A DNA stretch of 64,000 bases from the NCBI GenBank assembly GCA_013265495.1, contig MU058844.1, positions 13,476,184 through 13,540,183 of the forward strand, in the 5' to 3' direction. The stretch comes from Vicugna vicugna (lineage: Eukaryota). The notes under the pieces are model-generated. The model ran no database searches and was not told where the DNA came from. It saw only the letters and a program-made list of their open reading frames with translations. The translations under genes were made by a program, and so were the position numbers. Below are positions 12,501-26,470 of this stretch, piece after piece (positions within the stretch are counted from its first letter, which is position 1; the number at the start of each line of letters is the position of its first letter).

Positions 12501-13529
12501 ATAAATGTAGGATGTAGAATTATTACTGGTCCATAAAAAATTATGTCTGTAAAAGGACTACTTATGTTACAACAAAAGAAATTACTCTGATTAATCGAAA
12601 GGCAGAATTATAACTGCTGGGCTATAATTAATCAAACTGTAGTCTTACTTCTTCACTAACTCTTAATACATCATACAGTATAGCAAAATATGAGAAAGTA
12701 TTTGAAATGGCAATAAGAAAATTCAGGACATATGCATAATATTTGGATGAGTGCCATAGATCAAAACAGAAATGAAGTATTTTACAGAAATGAAATAAGT
12801 GTTAATTTCAGACTATTTCCAACCTCTGGGATAAGCTAAAGAGGACTTGCATGTAATACAAAAAGATTTATTGTCTTGTGAAGGTTTGGTTCAGGATTTG
12901 CTAAATTTGGAAACTAAGAAAATGCCATATTTCCATTTCTCACAGGAAACCAGCTCTTAATATGAGATGAAAATAACATTATCAATCTTATTTTTAATAC
13001 GGACTTTAAGATGCTGAAATCTGACAGCTCAGAGACCAATTACGTTTCATTGAAACGATAGCTATAAAATAAGGCATTAAAACCTGGGTCTGCAGTGGTG
13101 AGAGAGTGCACTATGTTACATATTGCATTGCTAATTCATAACACTTCTTCGTAAAACTGCAAGCAGACATCTTGTTAATGAGCCTTATTCTGCCTCCTCT
13201 GGGGATACAGATGGGGTTTTGCTTCCAGCCCTTCTGGAGGCAAGTAAGGAAATGGAACTGACTAGGTTATAAATCCAGATGAAACCGTCATATGAAGAGA
13301 TTCTCATCTGTGCCATCTGCTCAGGCTGAGCTGGAGATGAAATATAAGGTGTCACTGGCACAGTCCCTGGAGAACTGTCACCAAATGATCTTCCTTCAAA
13401 TTTGCCTTCAACTTATCACAGGCTGCTTTAGTTCCTTTCTACCGTGTTCATCGCCCTGTCATCTGCCTCAGATTTCTCCATCCCCAACCCCGCTGACCAG
13501 CCCTTCCCCTGGGCTGCTCTGACGCGGAA

Positions 13530-14053
13530 CTTCCTGGGCCACTTCCAGAATTTTATCTGTCTTCTCAGATGCTTGTTTTCCCTCCCTACCTGCTAAATTT
13601 GAATATTTTGAAAGCTTTTATCTTTGGCCACCTCTTCCTTAATCCCTGTACTTTCTCCCTGGAAGAACACATCTACTCCTTCAGTGTCCACTGACATCTT
13701 TGCAAATTCCCAAATCCTCTCTTGAGTTTTACTTCTATTCCTCCACAAGCCAACTGGACACTTTCAACTGGACTGACCCTCCAGATTTAATAAATCATAG
13801 ACGTCACACATCTTTGAACCCCAAAACGTTTATCCTACTGACTTTGCTAATACTATTAATGACACTGCCATATTCAGCATCCCAGGTTTTAAAGATGGAA
13901 GTGGCTTTTTATTTTGCCTTCTCCTTCCCTTCCCATTTTAAAAATTGACAAGTTCTGGCTAGTCTTTCTTAGTAATTTTGCCCCTGTTTGTGCCTTCCTT
14001 TTTATTCCACTTTTTACTGCCATAGTTTCAGCCCTTGTTAGCTTACATTAGAC
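13530..14053 (+). mobile_element. L2 LINE fragment
   Basis: 'actttctccctggaagaacacatctactcc', 'ccaactggacactttcaactgga', 'ccacttttactgccatagtttcagccct'. Confidence 0.7.
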
Positions 14054-15825
14054 TGTTAGGGGAATGTTCACTGCTGCCATGACGGCTAAGGCTGAGAGTT
14101 CTCTTGGATTGCCATGGTTCTCAGCTCCACGACTCAGCCCCTGAATATGCACCAAGGCTTTCCAAGTCTAAGAAATAAGTCTCAGGAGACTTTGAACTTG
14201 ACAAAATCCTGTACTTACTTGGTCATAGCATCTCAGAGGCCAGACTCAATGGGAAAACAACAAAGAGGACTTCTCGGTGTTGCTGGTACTCTGCGAGGCA
14301 GAGATTCTGCTACCTTCTTGTAATTTGGCCATATCAGAATAAATGTTTTTCAGTGCAGAGAGGGAGTTTTAGTGAAACTAAGATACTAGTTACTTGACAG
14401 CCTTCAGAGATGTTCGATTAGCATCCTTTTAGCATGGAGTGTTGCTGTTAGATCTCCTGTCTACCTGCGTTTTCTAATAACACTTTATCAGAGAGTTTGG
14501 TGGGCAAGTAATGATTGTTTACATGATGAGTAGCCCACAGTAAGAACACTGCTACACTTCCTTTCACCGCTCTACTTTGTACTCTCTGCATAGAGTAAGA
14601 ACAACTCATCAGATTGTTCCTAACCTACCAAATAAAATAGGCACCAGAACACATTATGACCAGCAACAGTCAATTTTGGAACATATTCTAGGGTTATCCT
14701 TGTGGGACACACCCTCTGAAATCTAACAGAGCCAAACAATTTCTGGTATTAACTTTGTTTGCAGACTTAATCCTGTAGCTTTCTGTCTGATAAACCTGTT
14801 CCTGCATCTTCTGACTAATTCTGCAGTTTGTCTGGGAAAAGGAGGTTAAGCCTTCATTGCTGAATTAGCTTATGCTTTTTTTTTTAACTAGGAAAAAGAA
14901 CATTTACGAAGAACGTGCTAATTATTTATGTATACTAGTATGTGTGATATAAGAAAAGCCCCATTAATTCAGAAATGGTACTATTTCCTTTATGCAATAG
15001 TAAATTTCTTATTTTAAAAAATTCTATGTAAGACACAATTCCTCTGTTCAGATAGTTACCTAATTGTTTTAGTGTTCTTGAAAAGTATACTGAAGAGCAA
15101 TGTAAAACTTGGACTTATAATCTTAATTTTTATTATAAAATACCTTTCATCATATTTGATTGCTTCTAAAATCTGGATAATTTTCCAGCCATCAGGGAGA
15201 AGTTAAGTCAATAAGTAGTTGCCAATGACAAGATACAGACAAATTTAACATGTGTACAAGCTGTTAATCATTCAGTTGTCACCTCAGTTAAGAGTTTTGC
15301 ATGAGTAACATCACACTCTGGTGAATTTCAAATTAAACTCAAATCCCGAACTGTCACTTAAAATTCTTTGTAAAATTGACATTATTATGCAGTCTTCAAA
15401 TAGAAATTATTCTATATCCAGAAGATCATCTGTTTTGCCCCCAAGTAATATATTGAATGGCGGTAGAAAGTGTCAAAACTTGGGGAATAGAGAATTTTCT
15501 AAGACAGCAAAGATTGGTGTAGCCAATGTAAGCATCATGGAAGTCTAGTGCCACGGTATTAAACATTCATCTGTTTGAAGGTCCCAGCTGGCTTATAAAA
15601 CAAGCTATTCGGTTCCCAGTGGTACGTCATTTAATTTCTAACAGCAAAACTACAAATTTAGCTAAATAAAAAGTTCAGAATGATTCCCTGGTAATATTTA
15701 GGATTCTCCTAAGATTGTGATCAAGCCTATGAAAAACAGGGTGTCATTATGTTGGTACACATGAGGGTCCAAGAGTGATTTAGACAAATCTTTATATTCC
15801 AAAAGGGAAGAAGGCTTAGCCCTAT

Positions 15826-16010
15826 CTTTCTCAGTGTGTGTTGGTGGGCTCCTGGCGTCAGAATTCATCTGAGATGCTTGTCTAGAATTGATTGCATCCC
15901 TGGACTCTTCTGCTCATCCTCAAAGTTATAAAATGAAGGGTGAGGGCAGAAATATGCATTTTAACAGGCTCCCATGATGATTCTGATGTACCTTACCATT
16001 TGAAGACCCT
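15826..16010. mobile_element. MER5-type hAT-Charlie element
   Basis: 'gcgtcagaattcatctgagatgcttg...atatgcattttaacaggctcccatgatgattctgatg...tttgaagac'. Confidence 0.75.
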
Positions 16011-16496
16011 CCTTAGACTCACAATTTGAGTGTAATCCTCAGAAAGAAAGTGGAATGCAAATATATGTAGCATTTGTGGTTAATTAAACTAAAAAGAAGA
16101 CTTGTGAACATTTAATATAATGTTTTTTAAGTAAGAAGAAAGCTAAAATGGCGAATCCTACAACCAATGGTATTTCACAGTGAAAGAACTGTGATATTTT
16201 AACAACAGGGAGCATATGTAAAAAGGATGCATTTGAGTTGCTTTATAAATGTTCTCAAAAGAACGATATGATCATGATCCATGTATAACCTCTAAGCTAA
16301 GTCACTCTCGTCACCAAGGCATGAGGTTCAAGATACAGCATATGGTTAGAACTGGAAAAACTCAGTTTGCTTGTTCAAGGAAGTGGTCCGAGTCACTGAA
16401 GCTGGGGCAAAATATTTAAATACTGTTTAGAAAGTGAAGTCAAGGGTAACATAGATGTAAATCACCTAGTCAAGCGCGTGGCAGATGCACTCACCC

Positions 16497-16667
16497 AGGA
16501 TGGCTTTAACCCTCAGGAGACATTTTTGGTCGTGACACTGGAGTAGGGGAGAGGAGAGATACTGGCAGTCAGAAATGCGGCTAAACATTTTTCAATGCAC
16601 AAGATAGACACCACAACAAAGAGCCCCCTGGCCCACAATGCCAGGAGTGCTGAGATTGCACACCCTG
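16497..16667 (+). mobile_element. MER20 (second copy)
   Basis: 'ggagacatttttggtcgtgacactgg...gctaaacatttttcaatgcacaaga...ccacaacaaaga...tggcccacaatgcca'. Confidence 0.8.
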
Positions 16668-17149
16668 CTCTAAAGAAGAACCCTCTGCAACTGCCAGTTT
16701 TTTTTTTTAAGGCTGATTCTGGATTTGGAAAAGAAAAACAAGAATGAAATATTTATTTGTCTTCAATAATACAGCAAAGCTATTATTTTTTAAATGTAGC
16801 AGAGAAGAAGCAAAGTCCTGACACTTCTGCCTGAAGCATTTTTTTCCCTCATAAAATAAAAGGCATTCTCAGAGTGGCCAGTGATAGTTACGAAAGACCA
16901 ACATGTAATTGGGAAAACTGAGATTCATTAAGGAGAAGGAGACAGGAGACAGAAGAGAAAATAAAGGGGGAAATGATGATGAGATGACAGGATGAGAGGG
17001 AATGGAAACCCACAATGGAAATAGCAACAATTAGGATCAGAACAGAGGCAGACGGATGTCACTACTTTGCTTACCGCAAAGAACTTGTGTCCTAAGGGCT
17101 TAAAATAGGAAGGCAAACAACATAAAGCACAGCTATGGTCATATTCTAC

Positions 17150-17300
17150 ATTGTCTAATTTAATCTTGACACTAGCACTATGAGAAGGATACCAGTGTAC
17201 CCATTTTCCAGATGAGAAAACCAAAATATAGGTGTATTGAACTTGGCCAGCTGGATTCCTTGGATCCTGCCAAGGAATCTGAATCTGGAGGGAGGAATGC
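17150..17300 (-). mobile_element. MIR SINE fragment
   Basis: 'cccattttccagatgagaaaacc' is the MIR core. Confidence 0.65.
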
Positions 17301-17959
17301 AAAAACAAAAGGGTGTTGAGAGATTATTCTTGGAAGCGAGGGCAGTGGAGTAAGTTGGGAATCCAGTGGCCAGCAGCCCCTGACAGTAGTGCCAACAGTG
17401 TGGATGGAGTAGTAACTGTGCCCGGCTTGGTGTCCTAAGCAGATGCTCACGTCAGGGGCTTGGCTTTGTTCTTTGCTGACGAGGTCCCCTTGTTTCCTAT
17501 CAGATTTTTAAGCTAATTCCCCAGCACTTTCATCAGGTAAATAAAACCCTCATATCTTTCCAATAATGAATTTTCATCTTAAGTCCATCAGGTCAGTGTC
17601 AGTGGTTTGCAAGCAAAGAGGCTGACTGGTTCAGAGCTGGAAGAAGATGGAGAGCTCTTCAAAGTTAGTTAAATGGCATTTGAAATAAAAATAAAGAGCT
17701 CTATCATCTCACCTCCCACACTTGGCAGACTTGCTCTTCTGACCATGAGGTGTTGATTTTAAGCTAGGCAAGCAGTGATTCTGCTGGGGGAGCACTGGGT
17801 GGTAGGGGGGGAGCAGGAGCCCTGCAAAAGCCTAGATGGTACTCATCACTGGCCTTCAGTGGACTTGCATTTCCTTAAAGTGAAATATTTGAACCCTGTC
17901 TTTTAAAACTTGATGTTACTAGCCCTAGCCCATCCTTCCCCCAGTTCTTCTCTTGTCTG

Positions 17960-18530
17960 CTGCTTCCTTTTGTCATCGTGTCTTAGCCTAAATGCACCAT
18001 CCTCAGAGATGCCTCCTCTGACCACCTAAAGGAGGCTCTCTTATGCTCTCATCTCTTAGACAAGCTCCTTTTGCTTTTCTCAAGAGCACTTACTGTTTCT
18101 CCAAATCTTTTATTTTTTTGTATATATATTTTTATTGATGTATAGTCGATTTACAAGGTCATATCAATTTCTGGTATACAGCACAATACGTCACTCATAT
18201 AGTAACATATATATATTTGTTTTCATATTCTTTTTAACCATAACTTGCTACAAGATACTGAATATAGTTCCCTGTGCTATACAGTCTAAACTTGTTGTTT
18301 ATCTATTTTATATATAATAGTATTTGCAAATCTCAAACTCCCAGTTTATCCCTTCCCACCCTCTTTACCCTCTGAAAACCTCCAAATCTTTTCTGATTGT
18401 TTGTTTACATGTCCCCCTACTCTGCACTCCTGTGTGGCCTTTTCTGTCTTGTTTCTAACTATATCCTTAGAACCTAAAACAGCTCCGGCATGAGGTGAAT
18501 ATTTTTGGATGGGTGACTCAGTGGATGAAG
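17960..18530 (+). mobile_element. L2 3' end, interrupted by a young L1 fragment
   Basis: 'tcctcagagatgcctcctctgaccacc', 'agcacttac', 'tatatccttagaacctaaaacag...aatatttttggatg'. Confidence 0.75.
18112..18379 (-). mobile_element. 5'-truncated artiodactyl/camelid L1 3' end with TSD
   Basis: 'gaatatagttccctgtgctatacag', 'caaatctcaaactcccagtttatcccttcccacc'. 13-bp TSD 'ctccaaatctttt' at 18099-18111 and 18380-18392. Confidence 0.92.
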
Positions 18531-18849
18531 TCTATTCTTAGCCTGTCATATACGTTCTATAGTTTCAAAATAACTGAAACTCGTGCGCTTTGGTATTCTT
18601 GTCATGTGGAAATTAATGCCATGTGGACCTGACTTATTTATTTAGTTGGATACCACTTCCAAGTGTTCTTAAAGCAGAGTTTTAAAATTAAGGAGATATA
18701 AAATCTTACTAGCTATAATTTCTCTATCAAGGCACTTTTGAAAGAAGTTGAATTGTGCCGAAAATCCAGTATTTGACCCAAGTCCTCCTCTCTCATAAAA
18801 CCTATTTTCATTTGATGTAGCAAAATATCATGATGGGAGCCATACAAAA

Positions 18850-19180
18850 ATTGATTACTGAGCCCATATAGGTATCAGTGACCATGTTAGTTGCTGGAGA
18901 ATTAGTTGTGAACAAGTTAAGCACAGTCTTTGCCCTGAGGGAGCCTACAGTTTTGCAGAGGAACCAGATAAGAAAGGTGTTCAAAACCTGCCTGATAAGT
19001 GTGGGGACAGATCTGTCCAGAGTTCCATGCGTAGTGCGTCGGCTGGGATGGAGGGTGGGTGACGGGCAGTGAAGCCATACTTAGCTGAGATCTGCAGGTG
19101 AGTTGGCTGAGCCAAGTGGGGGAAGTGGGGACAAGAGGCAAAGGCATCAGCAGGTATGAAAAGGATTCCCCTGAAGGCAT
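18850..19180 (-). mobile_element. L2 fragment
   Basis: 'gtgaacaagttaagcacagtctttgccctgagggagcctacagt', 'ttagctgagatctgcaggtgagt'. Confidence 0.7.
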
Positions 19181-20067
19181 CCCATGAAGATGTCAGGCCA
19201 GAGTGATGCACACCGACCATGCCACACAGAAACAAGATCAGTTAGTGGGTTCTGGGCCACTGGGGTCAGAAGCAGCCTGTTTCCTTTAGCTAAATTCCTC
19301 TCACCATCATTCCAACATGTGTGTGTCTAAATCCTTTCCATCAATGCACAGTTTAAACATCACCTCTTCCAGGAAGCCTTTCCTGATGTTCCAGATGGGA
19401 GACACTTCTCTCTCCTTTACATTTCAATTGTCCATCACTTTTTTTACAGGCTGCCTAGACAACCATGCAGGTCGTGCACTGCACAGCTTACCCAGCCACG
19501 TGGGGCAGCTCTCCCTAGACGTATATAGATGTGAATGCACCACGTATTTCCCAGTAGTCTTTAAGCAACTTGAGGACACAATTCTCATTGATTCTATCTA
19601 TGTATTTCCTTTTGTGACAAAGACATTTCACTGGGTTGATAATCTAATTGTATCAGTATGAATTTGGAATGTCAATGATCTATTAACTCAGCAAAAAAAA
19701 AATTAAGAAAAGCTATAAATATATTTTTTGGAAAATGGATGAGAACTTGTTCACAGTGTGTGCTGAACGCTGTTCAGATGTGGTGGGAGTGAGAGACTGA
19801 CCTGGCCACATGCTGGGAAGCTCAGTTGATTCAGCCACTTTGTTTTCAAATTTCAGTTTGCTTTATGTTGTCTCGTGACTTCATGACTTCAAAGGAGTCA
19901 CCGGAACCCAATCTACTGAAGTTACTATTGAGTTTATTATTTTTGGTAATTCCTCAAGTGTGTTGTGCCTCTCCACTGAAAAGCTGTTCCAGTAATGCAT
20001 ATTTGAAACACAAAATTATCAGTACTATTTACATGGAGACATTCTAAATTACAGGAGCTACCTCATT

Positions 20068-20254
20068 GTTTTTTCTTTTCTTTTCTCTTTTCTTTTCTTT
20101 TCTTTTCTCTCTCTCCTTTCTTTCTTCCTTCCTTTCTTTCATTCTTTCTTTCTCTCTTTCTTTTCTTTTTCTTTCTCTCTTTCTTTTCTCTTTCTTTCTT
20201 TCTTTGTTTCTTCCTTCCTTCTTTTTCTTTCTTCTTCTTCTTTTTTTTTTTTTT
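20068..20254. repeat. Polypyrimidine compound microsatellite (CTTTT/CTTT/CT/CCTT, ending in poly-T)
   Basis: Seen directly: about 185 bp that is almost purely C/T. Confidence 0.97.
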
Positions 20255-22659
20255 GACAGTGTAAGAGTCATTTGAACTACACATCTGTTAACCAGAAGGC
20301 CAGCCTGACCTCAACTATTAACTGCCTTCCTGATGGCTGTATTGAAAAACCTCCCCGTCTCAATGCCATCTGGTGTCATTACCTCTGAAATCTTTTTAGG
20401 CAATCTGAGCTAAAGACTGTGGGGGTGTGTGTGTTGAAATATATTCTCAGGGTAATTATTTTTTCTTGAAATTATGTTTAGCAACTCACAGAAGTTTAAT
20501 GTGCATCCCCCTTCCTTATTCTGTTAAATGATGATGACAGCATTAGGGGTTATAACTGTTAGGGATGGTGTCCATACTCCACAGAATTCAGCTTTCCTCT
20601 CGTGGCTTTTTCACTCACGTACAGTTTGTTTTTTCAAAAAAATAAACGTCTTCTCCATTCATCTATCTTGGTGGATTTGAGAGGCTCCGGGAAACATGTC
20701 CCCGAGTGATGCCATGTTTGTGCTGGTGATCCTCTCTCCTGGTTAATCTTATGTTTGCAACACCAAAGGCAGCTGCTAAAAAACAAATATAATCTAAGAA
20801 CAGCATCACCTTAAGCCTTGAGAACTGAAATTAGTTCATTAAGGAGACACATGGCCCAGGACCTGGGAAGCAGCACAATTTAGCCCAGAGCGAAAGAAGG
20901 GAGAAGACATGAGTGTTGCCAGATGGTCTCAATGAAAGCCCTGGACACACAATTAAACTGTGTAGAAAAACATACATATGGTGTTGGAATCTTGACAGTA
21001 ATCTACACTATATTTTGCAGTTTACAATAGACTATACAACAATTATCGACTAATTATTTTTTCCAAAGCAGGTTAAATTTTTAAAAATCAACACATTTCC
21101 TTTCCTACTGACTCAAAACTTAATCTGCCAAATTCATAGAGAGATGGACTACTCGGGTTGCAGTAAATCCTCTCCACTTCGGCAGCTGTCCCCGAATGGA
21201 AACAGGATATTGGAGAGGTGGTGTTTTTGCTGGGGGTGGGGGTGGCCATGGGGGAAACACATGATGGATTATCAAGCTGTGCTCCTCTTTCAAAGGGAAT
21301 GGACATCTTGTTCAGGAAACAAATATCTAGCAAAAGACAAAATCACCCAAATTTGGAGGTGGGCTCCTGCAGGGCTTACCTACGAACGTAACTATAGAGA
21401 GAATGCTTGACTGAACTCGAAGCAGTGGAGAGAGTTGCTGTATTCTCTGTCTGGCCAAGAGCAGTGATTGATCAGATTTCCCAGAATAAGCCCAAGTCAG
21501 AATGTTACAAAAGAATTTTCGATAGGAAACTTCTCTGGATCGTTGAAGACCTCTATTAGGTAGCATTTCAGAGGTAAACGTTTTAGGTTTTGAACTTCTA
21601 AGTGGCCTTTCTATGATGCAGAAACACTTTTTATAGTGACAGCCTTACTATCAGGTCCTTTTCTCAAAATATTTTGAAAGAAAATCTACTCCACAAATGC
21701 TTTTTTAAGTGTCTATAATGTGCCAGACATTCTTGTAGGTGCTGGATATGGAGAAATATATATATGAGGCAAAAGGAAAACAGAGATACTGAACTAAATG
21801 AGAATTTAAAATGAAAGATTTTATACTTAAGGTTTTTGGATAAAGCTACCCAACTGCCTTATAGTTTATGAATATTTAAAAAAATGAGATAACACTGTCT
21901 TGAATTACATGCTGATAAAAGAGAACTAACTGTCACCACCGCACAGTCTTCCCCCACCTGGCTGGCAGGCAACACACACGCGTGAATCAGGACCTATGTT
22001 TCACCAGGCTGCTCCGCACAGACTCCTGTACTGAGATGCCAATAAGACCAGCGTAAATGGCAAACTGGCCCTGGAGCGTGTGGTGCAGGCCCAGAGAGTA
22101 AGTGTAAAAGCCTCTCCAGGGAACGTCTGTCCCCAGAGCATGTCAGATTTGTAATAACAATACAGTTTGCTTAATTAGGAAACTGAATTTTTATTTATTT
22201 ATTTTTTTAATTTCATGGGCAGAAACCTCTGCTATCAACTGTCCACATCATTCCAAGGCACTTGGCCAACCTAAGTGAAATGTACATAAAATTGGGTGTC
22301 AACCCACCTGGTTGTCTGCAGCCTTGCACATCCAGCAGGTGAATAAGTTTACAGAGTCCCCAGAAGTAGTGACACCATATGGTGGGTAAGGAAGAAGAAG
22401 CGAAATTTAAGCAGAAGTCTGGAGGAGCCCAAAGCCGAATGTGACTGCTTTCACACATTTAGCTGAATTTGGCCTTGAATTCATTCTGAATACCCTTCAA
22501 TCATTGAACGGTTCAGAGAGATGCTAAGTGTGTAGAGGGGAAGAAACCGTTGAGTTTGGCTGGAAACACAGGGTTGTGAGGGGGGGAGCAGTGGCTGGCA
22601 GAATAATTGGGTACCTTACCGAAAGGATTCTGAATGGCCTGACCAGTTATTTGGACCAC

Positions 22660-23560
22660 AGTCAGTTATTCACTCAATGAGTATTTATTGAACATCCCGT
22701 GTACATCAGGAGTTGTTCTAGGCAGTGGAAATTCAGTGGTAAACAAGATGGAGAAAGGCCCAATGTTTGATTTTACTGGAGGTGGGTAGCGATTAAAAAA
22801 TCAGTAAGAAAACAAATGAGAAAATATCAGGGGGAGGTAGGTGCTAAGAAGAAAATGGAATGGACAGTGAGAGAGATGACAGCACGGATGGGGTGGCCGT
22901 TAGGTGGTCCAGGAAGACCTCTGTAAGGAAGTGACACTTAGGCAGAGACTAGGATGACAAGAAGGGAGCTTCCATGAGAAGGTCTTAGAGAAGAATTGTC
23001 CAGGGAGAGGGAACTGGCTCTCAGGTGGGGATCTGTTGTCTGGCTGGAAAGCAGTGATCGAGGGGGAAGGACAGAATCAGATGATGAGGTCAAGGGAGGT
23101 GAGCAGGGGGCCAGCCCACAGAAGGCCCCCTAGGTCATGGTCAGGAGTTTCTGTATTTCCCTCAGTGCGATGGAAGGTAATAAAATGTTTTAATTGGAGA
23201 TGTGTTGAAGTGTGAATGGATAGTTTTGTTTTTTTTTAAAGTCCATTCCATTGCTCTTTTATGTGAAAAGTGGATTTGAGATGGGCAAGGCTAGAAATAG
23301 GAGACCAGGTTCAGTAATTAACAAGAAGTCTATTTCAAACGTTGAGTGAGGGGTGCTGGCACCCAGAACTAATGAAGTAACAGAGGAAGTGAAGTGAAGT
23401 CTTGAAGGCAGATCTGATAGGACTTGATCATGAATGATAGGAGGGAAAGAGAGGAATCAGCTATGACTCCTGGGTTTTGTTGGAATGGGGTGAACATGGA
23501 GAAGACTAGGGAGGAGCAGGTTTTAAGGGGAGCCCAGAGTTCTCCAGGTGACTGGAAGCA
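22660..23560 (-). mobile_element. L2 LINE (3' region)
   Basis: 'attcactcaatgagtatttattgaacat...ttgttctaggcagtgg', 'ggaagacctctgtaaggaagtgaca', 'ggtcatggtcaggagttt', 'atgactcctgggttttg'. Confidence 0.85.
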
Positions 23561-25564
23561 AGTTATTTTAGTTTATCTTTTTTTTTTTCTTTTCTGAGCA
23601 GAAAAATGGCACGATGAGAGTTACATTTCAGGGAAACAGTAGATATCTATGAAATTGTGTGTGAAAGAATTAGGGCTGTGAGTTTTTAGTCTCGGTTCTA
23701 ACATTATGACTCAGCCCTATAACAAGAGAGGTATAAAATAAAAGGTACTTAAGTTCTCTTTGGATTATTTGTATTCATAATTGTTTATTAAAGCTCCCCA
23801 AGTACCAACAATTAAGCTAGGAGCTGTGGATGCCGAGTTGGATGAGATATATTCCCTAGTGGTAGATAAACTATACCTGGAGTCATAGCAAGAGCACATC
23901 TAACTGGAATATTGAGCTTTAATTTTCACTGTTGTGTTTTTGGTGCAAAGCCAGTGTTATGGGAGTTCCAAAACTGGGGTGATTATGTCTGCCTGGGGTG
24001 GTTGCAGTGGGCTGGGGAAGCTATTTGGTGAAGTTCTTAGGTTTGGGGTAGGAGAAGAGGGAGTTGGTCACTGTTACAAAACCACCCCAATGTCCCCCTG
24101 CATGATGAGTGTATGTGGTCTGTAGCCTCCCCACCATGTTTGCATATATTTAAATTTTCCCCATATTCTTCTCCACAGTGACTGATGGCTTTCGGAATTT
24201 CTTTTTAGGTCTTCAGGTATTGTTAGGGGGAGACATAGTTAAGAAATAATCAACAGATGACATGCTCTCTTGCAGAGGGATGTTGAGCCACCTTAATGGG
24301 CAGAGGAAATATTCTGAATAAGGCCATAGGGCACAGTGAGATACTGAGAGCATCAAATGTGGAAGCTACTTCGGGTGAAGCCCAACTTCCTTTCTTCCTG
24401 TGACTCACCAGTTTGTACTGTGAAAGGCCCGAGACTCTGTCATCAAAGATCCTACATTGTTCATCTCTCCAGAGTCCAGCCTAGTAACAAATGGGCACTC
24501 GAGAAGGTTTACTCTTTGTTTCTTTGGGTTGGCAAGTCCTGTTTGTTGTCGCTGCTGTCGTTTTTGTTAAATTGTGCCACTGAGACAACTTGAGGGAAAG
24601 CAAAAACTGGAGGCCGGGTAGGGACCAGCAATCCTTCCTTGGCTTTTCTTGTATTGAAAACAGCTTTCGAGTAGCTTCCTTTACTTTTCAACCCTTCAAA
24701 TTGTTACCCCTTTAATGGCAACAGATTCCTCAGGGCATAATCAAAAGCAGGCAGATGTCGGCTCCTCTTGGATAGATGAGAAGGAGCAAGGAGGAAGCTG
24801 CAGGGAGCATCTTGCAGGCACAGGAGCTGCTATTTCTAGAGACAAAGAGGTGCCTGCGGGCCATGTCCCATCTTGCCCAGTGGAAGAGTGTGTTTCTAAT
24901 GGAATTACTCCTATCTAATCTAGAAACTGCATACTATTATTCACTCTCTGACTCCATTTTCCATGGGTCATATTCTCTCTCTTTTTTTCCCCCCCAGAAA
25001 ACCTTTATATTCTGCTTAAATAGAAATCATAGATGGGCTGAGCATGGAAGTGCTCACCTGCAGAAAAGAATATGGGAAGGAGGAACAGAACGATCACATT
25101 ATCTTGCTGGGTCATCGTGTCCCTGCTTTTATAAGTGACCCTGTCCTCTTTTGCCTTCTTGTCTCTCTCTTCCTCAAGTGAGCACACTGAAATAAGCATA
25201 ATTTGTTTTTCCTTTCTTACCAGTTTTCCGAAAAAAAGCACATCCTTATAACTTGTAAAATTTTTATAAGCTCAAGGATTCCTGGTTCAATGGAAGAAAA
25301 TTAGAAATGCTGATAAACGCTAATTACGCAATACTACTGAAATCACAGATCAGTGTCCCTTTGTGTGGTATGCAAGTATCACTGTGCCACGTTGGAGAGG
25401 AATTATGTTTTCCTTGTACGCTGCAATAAATATAAAGAGTAATGTAAAGATGTTCAAGACTCACAAAGATTGCACAATGATTTTTCACTTAACAAAATAA
25501 AAGAAAAACAAAGCTTCAAAAAAAAAAGAAATATAGATAGACAAAGATGAATAGAATCACTTAT

Positions 25565-25689
25565 GGGAGGATGTAGCTCAGTAAAAGAGTATGTGCTTTG
25601 CATGCACAAGGCCCTGTGGGCAATACCCAGTAGCTCTGTCTAAATAGATAAATAAATTAATTGCCCTCCTCAATTAAAAAAAAATTTTA
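25565..25689 (+). mobile_element. tRNA-Ala-derived SINE (Vic-1-like), diverged
   Basis: 'gggaggatgtagctcagt...tgtgctttgcatgcaca...caatacccagtagctc'. 15-bp TSD 'aatagaatcacttat' at 25550-25564 and 25690-25704. Confidence 0.9.
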
Positions 25690-26299
25690 AATAGAATCAC
25701 TTATCAAAATAACTACTATGAATATATTGTAAATAAATTTCTTATCCTTTCCAACACATTCATGCACATAGAAGCACGAATTTATACACGCACATCCATA
25801 AACTGCTTTTCTCTCTTAGCAATACATCAGTTAATGTTTTTAAGTGTGATTATAAAAATCTCAAAACAAATGTATAAGTGTAAATTTTGAGCTTTTCTCA
25901 AAAATTCCCCAACTAATTCAGAGAGTTTTCTGGGGTATCTTGTGTGAGCTCTAACAATAAACCTCTTGGCTATTTTTCTCTCTCTAAAGCACCAAGCTCT
26001 TTTCTCCTTCATTGCTTTTCCTTAGTGCTATGAAGAACAGAAGTGTAACTGTGTTCTCCCCCCCACCCCCTTCCCAGAGACAGCATCTTTGCTGCTGGTG
26101 GGGGCATGTAGTGTCTCGGAGAAAGACTTGACATTTGATGCTCAAGATACAGCTATCTGCGCTGAGTGTACCATGTCCCACCCATATGAACGTAATTGAA
26201 ACTAATGGAGATGTTATTTTTTCTCAATGTACCTGATATTTTGTTCTTTATTCTCTCTTTTTATCAAAGCCCTCTTTCCCCCAGTACTCACACATTCAT

Positions 26300-26470
26300 C
26301 TGTTCAGTCATTCAGTAAGTACATGGGCCAGGTAATAGGGAGACAAGGAAACAAAGCAGACATGATCCCTGGCTTCACGGAGCCTCTGGACAAGCAGAGG
26401 AAACAGACATTAAGCTGGTAAACACACCAACAAATACATACTTTGTTTAGGAAGGAGACTATAGACGCTG
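26300..26470 (-). mobile_element. L2 fragment
   Basis: 'gaaacaaagcagacatgatccctggcttcacggagcct'. Confidence 0.7.

Noticed and set aside
20044..20284. Lys/Arg/Glu-rich and Phe/Leu/Ser-rich ORFs
   Set aside because: They are translations of the CT-rich microsatellite.
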